40,145 bases of DNA from contig PS015009.1 in the NCBI GenBank assembly GCA_048213135.1, forward strand, positions 2,294,001 through 2,334,145, given 5' to 3'. Shown here piece by piece: positions 28,875 through 36,035 of the stretch. The notes under the pieces were generated by a model, which was not told the origin of the DNA, made no database searches, and was given only the letters and a program-made list of their open reading frames with translations. Origin of the DNA: Reclinomonas americana ATCC 50394. Lineage: Eukaryota. Made by a program: the position numbers and the translations under genes. Each line of letters begins with the position of its first letter. The first letter of the stretch is position 1.

Positions 28875-29264
28875 AAAAGGCAAATCATCCACCGCATCAG
28901 GCGGCGTTGAAGAGAACGTATCCAGCGGCTCCATATATTCATTGTCAATAGGCGCCTTACCGCTGCCGGGCTGCAGTATCTGTTCCACTCTCCAGGCATC
29001 GAGGTTGGTGATGTAGTTCACTTTACCATCTTTTTCCCATTTGCTGCCCTTAATATTAAAGTATACTTTGATCTCATCGCCGATGTTGACCCGGTCCACA
29101 ATAGCGGTCTTATCCTGCACACACTGGAACTTTACATAATTGGTGATTGTGCGGCCATTGATCTCGTCTGTTTTTTCCACGGCAAACTCCCTCGTTTTGA
29201 AGGTCTCCGTACGCTGTACAATGTCATATTTGGCAACCAGTTTGCCCGTCAGTTCATAACTCAT
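28872..29264 (-). CDS. DUF3127 domain protein (SSB-like OB fold with acidic tail)
   Basis: FKTREFAVE, YVKFQCVQDK, VYFNIKG, LDAWRVE and C-terminal DDLPF; -7 element TACTTTTG at 29290-29283. Confidence 0.85.
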   Translation of the reverse strand: MSYELTGKLVAKYDIVQRTETFKTREFAVEKTDEINGRTITNYVKFQCVQDKTAIVDRVNIGDEIKVYFNIKGSKWEKDGKVNYITNLDAWRVEQILQPGSGKAPIDNEYMEPLDTFSSTPPDAVDDLPF

Positions 29265-29380
29265 GGTGATAATTTAGTATGCCAAAAGTAATTCTATTTC
29301 ACGATAATTTTTTGCGGATTCTTTTATCCGCTATTGCCAAAAAATGTCTACCTTCCTTTTGATATAATCAGCCGCCCGTT

Positions 29381-30130
29381 ATGCGTACAACCCGGATCTT
29401 TCCTGCCGCCCTCATTGCCTTTTCGGCCTGGGTGTCCTGCACTACTGTATACCAGCCACAGTCTGTACAATATAATGATTACCGCATCAGTTCCGGTGCC
29501 AGGCAGGACAGTAACCTGGTAGCATTGCTCCGTCCTTATGCCGACAGTGTGAACAGGAGCATGAACGCCATTGTAGCCGTTACCGCAATGGAGCTGGAAA
29601 AAAGACAACCCGAAGGCACGCTGGGCAATGTAATGGCCGACGCCATGCTGGTGATGGGTGCCAGTCATTTTAATACCAAAGTGGATGCTGCCTTTGTGAA
29701 CTATGGTGGTATCAGGCTTACCTCTATTCCGGCGGGCAATATTACCCGGGGTAAAGTATTTGAGCTGGCGCCTTTCGATAATGTAACGGTACTGCAACGG
29801 TTAAGCGGAACCGTACTACAGCAATTTCTTGATCATATTTCTGGCCGTGGTGGCTGGCCCTGCTCAGGTATCACCTGGCAGATAAAAGATAAGAAAGCCA
29901 TCAACGTGCTCATCGGTGGCAAACCGCTTGATCCGTCAGCCACTTATACCATCGCCAATAATGATTATGTGGCCAATGGCGGCGACGACTGCGCCATGCT
30001 GCGCAATATTCCCCAGCAAAACGACGGGTATGTATACCGCGACGCGGTGCTGGAGTATTTTGCCGGTTTCTCCCGGCAGGGTAAAAAAATATCAGCTCAA
30101 ATTGAAAACAGGGTAACCAATGTCAACTAG
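29381..30130 (+). CDS. 5'-nucleotidase C-terminal (substrate-binding) domain, probable lipoprotein
   Basis: Lipobox-like WVSC, EGTLGNVMADA, NYGGIR, ELAPFDN and DYVANGGD. Confidence 0.88.
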   Translation: MRTTRIFPAALIAFSAWVSCTTVYQPQSVQYNDYRISSGARQDSNLVALLRPYADSVNRSMNAIVAVTAMELEKRQPEGTLGNVMADAMLVMGASHFNTKVDAAFVNYGGIRLTSIPAGNITRGKVFELAPFDNVTVLQRLSGTVLQQFLDHISGRGGWPCSGITWQIKDKKAINVLIGGKPLDPSATYTIANNDYVANGGDDCAMLRNIPQQNDGYVYRDAVLEYFAGFSRQGKKISAQIENRVTNVN

Positions 30131-31106
30131 AAGACGATTCATCGGGCAGACCATGATGGCTGCCGGCGCCATGCTGGTATCCAAAACCGGGTTCGGCGCT
30201 TTTGAAGAAGGGAATGCCGTTCAGAAACTGGTCATCCTTCATACCAATGATGTGCACAGCAGGCTGGAGCCTTTTCCTATGGACGGGGGGCGTAACCAGG
30301 GGCTGGGTGGTGTGGCCGCAAGAGCGGAACTGATCCGTAAGATAAGATCGGAAGAAGAACAGGTGCTCCTGCTCGACGCGGGAGATATCTTCCAGGGCAC
30401 GCCTTACTTCAACCTGTATAAAGGAGAGCCGGAAATGAAGGCGATGGCTGCCATGCAATATGACGCCGCTACCATGGGTAACCATGATTTTGACGCGGGG
30501 CTGGACAATTTTGCCACCCAGCTCAGGCACGGTGGTTTTCCGGTATTACTTTGCAATTACGATTTTACCGCTACACCTATGGAAGGAAAATCGGTACCAT
30601 ATAAGATATTCCGCAAGGGAAAACTGAAGATCGGCGTTACCGGGGTAGGCATTGAAATGAAGGGACTGGTGCCCGACAGCCTGTTCGGAAATACCAAATA
30701 CCTGGACCCTGTAGCTAAGGCCAACGAGACCGCTGCTCAATTAAAAAAACAGGAAGGCTGTGATATGGTGATTTGTCTCAGCCATTTAGGATATAAATAT
30801 AAGGAAGCGCCCAACCGGATGTGTGACGAGATACTGGCCCGGGAGACTGAAAATATCGACCTCATTATAGGTGGTCATACGCATACTTTCATGGACGCGC
30901 CGGCTACGTACAAGAACCGCTCCGGGAGCGATGTTTTAGTGAACCAGGTAGGCTGGGCGGGCATTCAGCTGGGCAGGCTGGACTTCGAGTTCAGCGGCGG
31001 CCGGAAGAAAAATATGGCTAAATCGCATACTGTGGTTGTTGGGAAAAAACAAATGAATAAAAAGTTTTTTTTTCAACAATTTATTCGATATTCGCTGTCC
31101 TGCTAA
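30120..31106 (+). CDS. 5'-nucleotidase N-terminal metallophosphatase domain with Tat signal
   Basis: TRRRFI twin-arginine signal; ILHTNDVHS, LDAGDIFQG, MGNHDFD, LSHLG and GGHTH. The 3' end may be frameshift-extended. Confidence 0.9.
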   Translation: MSTRRRFIGQTMMAAGAMLVSKTGFGAFEEGNAVQKLVILHTNDVHSRLEPFPMDGGRNQGLGGVAARAELIRKIRSEEEQVLLLDAGDIFQGTPYFNLYKGEPEMKAMAAMQYDAATMGNHDFDAGLDNFATQLRHGGFPVLLCNYDFTATPMEGKSVPYKIFRKGKLKIGVTGVGIEMKGLVPDSLFGNTKYLDPVAKANETAAQLKKQEGCDMVICLSHLGYKYKEAPNRMCDEILARETENIDLIIGGHTHTFMDAPATYKNRSGSDVLVNQVGWAGIQLGRLDFEFSGGRKKNMAKSHTVVVGKKQMNKKFFFQQFIRYSLSC

Positions 31107-31199
31107 AGTTTTTTTCAACACCATGTGAAAATAAATTTTACTCGACTTTTCTGGGGGGAAACTATCAATATACAAGATTTATAAATTGCTTAGGAACTA

Positions 31200-32633
31200 A
31201 TGGATAAAGCTTTTGAAAAAGTTTGGGCCAATTGTTTAGAGATCATCAAGGACATTGTAGAATGGCAACATTTCAAAACCTGGTTCGAACCCATTAAACC
31301 TGTAGCATTAAAAGAAAAAGTTCTTACTATACAGGTTCCCAGCCAGTTTTTTTATGAGTACCTTGAAGAGCATTATGTTTCTTTACTGGCAAAGACACTG
31401 AAAAGGGAATTGGGAACGGCAGCAAGACTGGAATACAGGATTATGGTGGACAGTGGTAACAGCAAGAATAAGCCACTGACGATGGATGTGCCGGGACAGG
31501 GATACAAATCATATGCAAATAATGAGATGGACTTTCCGTTGGTCATAAATAACCCCGTTAAGAATCCGTTCGTGATACCCGGGCTGAAGAAGATGCAGAT
31601 CGATCCGCAGCTCAATCCCTCTTACACTTTTGATTCTTTCATTGAAGGCGATTGTAACCGTGTTGCCCGCCGTGCCGGTAAAACCGTTGCGGAAAAGCCA
31701 GGCGCCACTTCCTTCAATCCCCTCGTTATATATGGCGGCGTTGGTTTGGGTAAAACCCACCTGGCCCAGGCTATTGGTAATGAAGTAAAAAAACAGCATG
31801 CCAATAAAGTGGTGCTGTATGTGAGCTCCGAAAAGTTCATCAACCAGTTTATCGATCACAGCCGTAATAACGCGATCAACGATTTCATCCATTTTTACCA
31901 GCTGATAGATGTACTCATCATCGATGACGTACAATTTTTCAACAGGGCCGAAAAATCACAGGATGCTTTCTTCTCCATCTTCAATCACCTGCACCAGAGT
32001 GGTAAACAACTGATCCTTACCAGTGATAAACCGCCTAAGGACCTGGAAGGCGTACAGGAAAGGCTGCTGAGCCGTTTCCGCTGGGGACTGAGTGCCGACC
32101 TGCAGGCGCCTGATTACGACACCAAGATTGAGATACTGGAGAAAAAGATGAAGAACGACGGGCTGGAAATGCCCAGGGAGGTGGTAAAGTATATCGCGTA
32201 CAATATCAACAGCAATGTAAGGGAACTGGAAGGCGCCCTGATCTCATTATTGGCACAATCTTCGCTAAACAGGAGGGAAATAGACCTCGAATTGGCCAAG
32301 AAAGTACTTCGCAACTTCGTGAAATCATCCAGCAAGGAGATCACTATTGACACCATCCAGAAAATGGTATGCGAATATTTCGATGTACCCTACGATAAGT
32401 TGCTGCAGAAAACGAGGAAAAGGGAGATTGTACAAGCCCGCCAGATCACTATGTACCTGGCCAAGGCATTTACCAAGAATTCGCTGAAAACCATTGGCGA
32501 ACATTTCGGAGGCAGGGATCACACCACCGTTATCCACAGCTGCCAAACCGTAAAAGACCTGATGGATACCGATAACCTGTTCAAGGAAAGCGTACTGGAA
32601 TTACAGCAGAAAGTACAACTGGCTGCCATGTAA
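31200..32633 (+). CDS. dnaA: Chromosomal replication initiator DnaA
   Basis: FNPLVIYGGVGLGKTHL, IIDDVQF, RLLSRFRWGL, NVRELEGA and IGEHFGGRDHTTVIHS. Confidence 0.98.
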   Translation: MDKAFEKVWANCLEIIKDIVEWQHFKTWFEPIKPVALKEKVLTIQVPSQFFYEYLEEHYVSLLAKTLKRELGTAARLEYRIMVDSGNSKNKPLTMDVPGQGYKSYANNEMDFPLVINNPVKNPFVIPGLKKMQIDPQLNPSYTFDSFIEGDCNRVARRAGKTVAEKPGATSFNPLVIYGGVGLGKTHLAQAIGNEVKKQHANKVVLYVSSEKFINQFIDHSRNNAINDFIHFYQLIDVLIIDDVQFFNRAEKSQDAFFSIFNHLHQSGKQLILTSDKPPKDLEGVQERLLSRFRWGLSADLQAPDYDTKIEILEKKMKNDGLEMPREVVKYIAYNINSNVRELEGALISLLAQSSLNRREIDLELAKKVLRNFVKSSSKEITIDTIQKMVCEYFDVPYDKLLQKTRKREIVQARQITMYLAKAFTKNSLKTIGEHFGGRDHTTVIHSCQTVKDLMDTDNLFKESVLELQQKVQLAAM

Positions 32634-32660
32634 GCGGAATATATATTGAAAAGATATTGG

Positions 32661-32688
32661 TCCGGGCCCTGCAAAGGCCCGGATTTTT
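32661..32688 (+). terminator. Intrinsic terminator of dnaA
   Basis: TCCGGGCC/GGCCCGGA stem followed by TTTTT. Confidence 0.85.
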
Positions 32689-32759
32689 ATTATCAGCCTG
32701 CCCCGGGAGTGGTGCGGGCAGTAGAAACTATAAAAAAACACGCATTTCTTTCATTTAGT

Positions 32760-32791
32760 TTTGGGTAATAACGCATTCAATTGTATTTTTG
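32760..32791 (+). promoter_or_regulatory. Bacteroidota -33/-7 promoter of the tRNA operon
   Basis: TTTG (32760-32763), 20-nt spacer, TATTTTTG (32784-32791). Confidence 0.7.
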
Positions 32792-32831
32792 CCACCCCTT
32801 AGCGATATGGGTGTTTCACTCTTGTGGAGCC

Positions 32832-32920
32832 GGTGAGGTGCCTGAGAGGCCGAAAGGAACGGTTTGCTAAATCGTCGTACGGGTCACACTGTACCGTGGG
32901 TTCGAATCCCACCCTCACCG
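32832..32920 (+). tRNA. tRNA-Ser(GCT)
   Basis: Acceptor GGTGAGG/CCTCACC, anticodon arm ACGGT-TTGCTAA-ATCGT, long variable arm, T arm GTGGG-TTCGAAT-CCCAC. Confidence 0.95.
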
Positions 32921-32938
32921 CCGGGTATCTTTAAAGTT

Positions 32939-33013
32939 CGGGATGTAGCGTAGCCCGGTTATCGCGCCTGGTTTGGGACCAGGAGGTCGCAAGTTCGAAT
33001 CTTGCCATCCCGA
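32939..33013 (+). tRNA. tRNA-Pro(TGG)
   Basis: Acceptor CGGGATG/CATCCCG, anticodon arm CCTGG-TTTGGGA-CCAGG, T arm GCAAG-TTCGAAT-CTTGC; no encoded CCA. Confidence 0.96.
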
Positions 33014-33014
33014 C

Positions 33015-33048
33015 AAAAGCCTTCCAGAAATGGAAGGCTTTTTCTTTT
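33015..33048 (+). terminator. Intrinsic terminator after tRNA-Pro
   Basis: AAAAGCCTTCCA-GAAA-TGGAAGGCTTTT followed by a T-rich tail. Confidence 0.85.
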
Positions 33049-33057
33049 GTGTGTATT

Positions 33058-33385
33058 GTATCCCGGTTACTGCGTCCCGACTCGTGAGTCGGGAAGGTCG
33101 CCAGTTCGAATCGTTTACTCCCGATAAAAGGCTCAGTAATGCAGGGCTTTTTCTTTTGTGTGTATTGTAGCCCGGTTACTGCGTCCCGACTCGTGAGTCG
33201 GGAAGGTCGCCAGTTCGAATCGTTTACTCCCGACAAAAGGCTCAGTAATGCAGGGCTTTTTCATTTGTGTGTATCNNNNNNNNNNNNNNNNNNNNCCCAG
33301 TAATGCAAGGCTTTTTCTTTTGTGTGTATTGTAGCCCGGTTATCTGGTCCCGGCTTTGCGCCGGGGAGGTCGCCAATTAATCTTG
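33058..33385 (+). repeat. Tandem array of ~109-bp tRNA-Pro-derived units (at least 3; copy number unresolved because of the N gap)
   Basis: Units start at 33058, 33167 and 33331. Each retains GTAGCCCGGTTA-like D-loop sequence and AGGTCGC; units 1-2 also retain GTTCGAATC, TCCCGA and a terminator-like tail. Confidence 0.9.
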
Positions 33386-33496
33386 TTCTTTTGGTTTCTG
33401 AATCTTCGAAGTGCTGTGAAGGAATGAATTGAACCGGTTAGAATCCGGCTGAGAAAAAAACTGAAAAACCAATAAGATGGGTTTTTATTACGAAGT

Positions 33497-33641
33497 GCAC
33501 AACGAACGTTTTACGGCTTTGTGCTGGTAGGTGCGAGGTGAAAAATGTCTGCTAAGATTTAATAAAAATGCTGATTAGCATTACAAATGTTCAATTTAAT
33601 CCATCAGCCCGCTTGCACAAAACTGATGTTAGCTGTAGTGC
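33497..33641 (-). repeat. Long imperfect palindrome, attC-like, directly downstream of marR
   Basis: Nested pairs GCAC/GTGC, AAC/GTT, CGGCTTTGTGC/GCACAAAACTG and TGCTAA/TTAGCA. Confidence 0.55.
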
Positions 33642-33643
33642 TT

Positions 33644-34108
33644 TTATTCGTTCTTGTTTCTATCAATAAGCTGTACCATATTTTTGTTGAATTGAGCGAG
33701 TTTAGTTTCCAATGAAGCAAAAAAATCGATGTCAGCCGTTTCTATTTCAATGATTGCTTTTTGCAAAATAGTTTCTCCGGTATTCGTTAGTCGAATGGTT
33801 TTTGCTCTTGTGTCTGTTTCGTGTTCTTGCCGGGTTACAAACTTTTTTTCTTCCAAAGTCCTTAAAACTTTTGACACCATCATCCTGTCAAAATTAGTTT
33901 GAATCGCAATGTCAATTTGCGTCACATTGTTGCTGTTGTTTGAAAGCCAGGCCAAAGCACACAGCAGAGCAAACTGTGTTTGAGTTAAATTTAAGGGATC
34001 TAAAACTTTTTTTTGCTTTCGTTGCCACAGCAAAGTAAGTTGTCCCAGTAAATATCCAGGGCTTTCATTTGGACTATTAAACTTAAAAGCAATTTTTTTC
34101 GACATCAT
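33644..34108 (-). CDS. MarR family transcriptional regulator
   Basis: ESPGYLL, LNLTQTQFALL, TQIDIA...MVSKVLRTLEEKKFVTR and DTRAKTIRLT winged helix. Confidence 0.92.
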   Translation of the reverse strand: MMSKKIAFKFNSPNESPGYLLGQLTLLWQRKQKKVLDPLNLTQTQFALLCALAWLSNNSNNVTQIDIAIQTNFDRMMVSKVLRTLEEKKFVTRQEHETDTRAKTIRLTNTGETILQKAIIEIETADIDFFASLETKLAQFNKNMVQLIDRNKNE

Positions 34109-34132
34109 CTTTACATGTTTTTTTGGATTGAT

Positions 34133-34386
34133 TTACCCATAAGTTACTTGTAGGTACTCAGACAGTGAAGTCGTTTTCCTTCCTAAAACTCTTTCCAAAT
34201 CATTTGATTGTTGATCAAACTCCCCTTTGGCAATCGCTAAACTAAAAGTGATAAGTATTTCGATAACATGACCAGGCAAACCAAATTTATTCATTTGTTC
34301 TTCAATTTCAGTTCCCTATTTCAAAAGATTGATAATTTTACTTCCTAACCACCTGTTGATCCTGTAACTAATATTGTATTGTCCAT
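34133..34386 (-). pseudogene. Internally deleted, frameshifted NAD(P)H-binding SDR (NmrA/YtfG-like) remnant
   Basis: Hand translation gives MDNTILVTGSTGG, then after a frameshift LGSKIINLLK*, fused to a C-terminal segment GLPGHVIEILITFSLAIAKGEFDQQSNDLERVLGRKTTSLSEYLQVTYG*. Confidence 0.75.
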
Positions 34387-34394
34387 ACTTACTT

Positions 34395-34754
34395 TTATTT
34401 TGCGTTTAAAAAAGTAAGTTTATAGCCATCAATATCTTTTACATGGAATGCCCTGCCAAAAGGAGTTTCTATAATTGGCCCTGTGCTGACAACCCCATTT
34501 AAAATTAGTTTTTCTTTCAGTTCATCGACAATTTCGTCAACCGAAAACCAAAGAGCCGCGCCAATTCCTAACTCTTTACCTTCAAGTGGTTCCAACGGTG
34601 TACGGATAGCAAAACTTGCTTGTCCTTGGTTGTACTTGAAAACACAAGCTTGCGGGTTGCTGTTGTCAATTTCAAAGCCTAATTTGTTTGTGTAGAAGTC
34701 TACGGATGCTTGTAAGTCTCTTACCTGGAGAGATGCAAAAGTTAATTGTACCAT
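34395..34754 (-). CDS. VOC family (glyoxalase/bleomycin resistance) protein
   Basis: Start reset to MVQLTFASLQVRDLQASVDFYTNKLGF; TPFGRAFHVKDIDGYKLTF; -7 element TATATTTG at 34786-34779. Confidence 0.88.
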   Translation of the reverse strand: MVQLTFASLQVRDLQASVDFYTNKLGFEIDNSNPQACVFKYNQGQASFAIRTPLEPLEGKELGIGAALWFSVDEIVDELKEKLILNGVVSTGPIIETPFGRAFHVKDIDGYKLTFLNAK

Positions 34755-34951
34755 TGTATTTAGCTTAAATTGTTGTCGCAAATATAATATATATGACAAC
34801 AATAAGCAACTTTTTTTCACTTTCCATATTTGGAGACCGATAAAATAATGATGCCTGGGACTGGTGAGGTCGGTTGTAGCTAGTGGAAGACAATGCTTTA
34901 TATTTCCAGGATTTACCCTCCACCAGGGTAGGATCGGTTCGAGGTTGAAGG

Positions 34952-36034
34952 TTAACTGCCGTAATTTTCTTTCAGTTTTCTCATTAAAAGCCTTACCCCT
35001 TGTTTCGTTTCGTCATTGTAAGCGTTAGCGAAAATAATATACGCTATGTTTTTTAGCCTGTCTATATGCACAATAGTGAAATACGTAAACGCTCCGGTTC
35101 CTGAATGAACAGAAAGTTCTTTTCCATTCTCATAAATGTTAAACCAACCGATTGAATAATTTTCAATTCCTTTATGAATGAATTGATATGTTTTTGCATC
35201 CAGATAATTATTTTGTCCTTTTAATCCTTGCAAATTAAGTTGAATAAATTTAATGTAGTCTTTGAGTTTAATGTTTAAGTCTCCTGCTGGTTCGGTAAAA
35301 TCCAGATGATAATCAACTGTAGAGGGTACGGGAGAAAGTTTGTTATTTTCGAAACTATGCCCCCATGTATCTTTTCGCGTTTGGTTTTCGGGCCACGATA
35401 ATTTTACATGTAGTTTCAAGTCTTTGTTGAATACTTTTTCTACTAATTGCTCCCAGCTTTTACCTGTTACTTTTTCTAACATTAATGTAGCTAAAGTATA
35501 TCCGGCATTTGAATATATAAACGGATTTTGTTCATCAGGTTTTACCGATCCCAGGGTTAATACAAATTGACCAAATTGTTTTCTTTTTTCCTGGTTTGTT
35601 CCCCTAAAGGCCGGTATTTGAGGGTCATTATCTCCTTGAAAAGGTTGAATGCCTGCTCTGTGAGAAAGCAAATCCTCCAGCGTAATATTTTCGTAATCAA
35701 TTTTGCTTTCTTTTTTCCATTCGGGAAATATGTCAAAAAATTTTGTCGTCCATTTTAATTTGCCTTTTTCCACATATCTGGCAATTATGAAAGCTGTCAT
35801 TGCTTTCGTATTTGAGCCAATGTGGAACCTGTCATTTCGTGTTGCTGTGTCTCGAAGGTCAATTGAATGCTTCCCTAATGCTGCAATTTCCAATGTTGAT
35901 TTGCTGTCGCTTACTGCGTAACTGATTTCAGGGATGTTATACGACTTACGAATTGAATCCGCAAAGCGAACCGTTTTTTGTCCCCAACAAATTGTTGAAA
36001 CTCCAAAAGTTAGAAATGTAAATATTTTTTTCAT
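34952..36034 (-). CDS. Secreted serine hydrolase, beta-lactamase/AmpC-like PBP family
   Basis: Signal peptide, FHIGSNTK (SxxK), LLSHRAG, YSN (YxN), PAG and HSG. Confidence 0.88.
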   Translation of the reverse strand: MKKIFTFLTFGVSTICWGQKTVRFADSIRKSYNIPEISYAVSDSKSTLEIAALGKHSIDLRDTATRNDRFHIGSNTKAMTAFIIARYVEKGKLKWTTKFFDIFPEWKKESKIDYENITLEDLLSHRAGIQPFQGDNDPQIPAFRGTNQEKRKQFGQFVLTLGSVKPDEQNPFIYSNAGYTLATLMLEKVTGKSWEQLVEKVFNKDLKLHVKLSWPENQTRKDTWGHSFENNKLSPVPSTVDYHLDFTEPAGDLNIKLKDYIKFIQLNLQGLKGQNNYLDAKTYQFIHKGIENYSIGWFNIYENGKELSVHSGTGAFTYFTIVHIDRLKNIAYIIFANAYNDETKQGVRLLMRKLKENYGS

Positions 36035-36035
36035 C

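Noticed and set aside
32530-32538. Perfect DnaA box TTATCCACA inside dnaA
   Set aside because: It is explained by codons for the conserved V-I-H-S motif; a single site with no other support.
206-32546. Numerous 60-220 aa antisense or alternate-frame ORFs (e.g. 1738-2409, 20220-20861, 22276-22920, 25621-26286)
   Set aside because: They are nested in well-supported genes, have no motifs, and are expected shadow ORFs at this GC content.
31107-32830. oriC next to dnaA
   Set aside because: The flanking intergenic regions are short and have no cluster of consensus DnaA boxes; the downstream gap holds a terminator and a tRNA promoter.
32931-33236. ORFs 32931-33236 (-) and 32973-33170 (+)
   Set aside because: They overlap tRNA-Pro and the repeat array; their internal peptide repeats just mirror the DNA repeat.
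33058-33385. CRISPR array or additional functional tRNA genes
   Set aside because: Whole units repeat with no unique spacers and there are no cas genes. The units lack the 5' acceptor strand, a paired T stem and a 7-nt anticodon loop.
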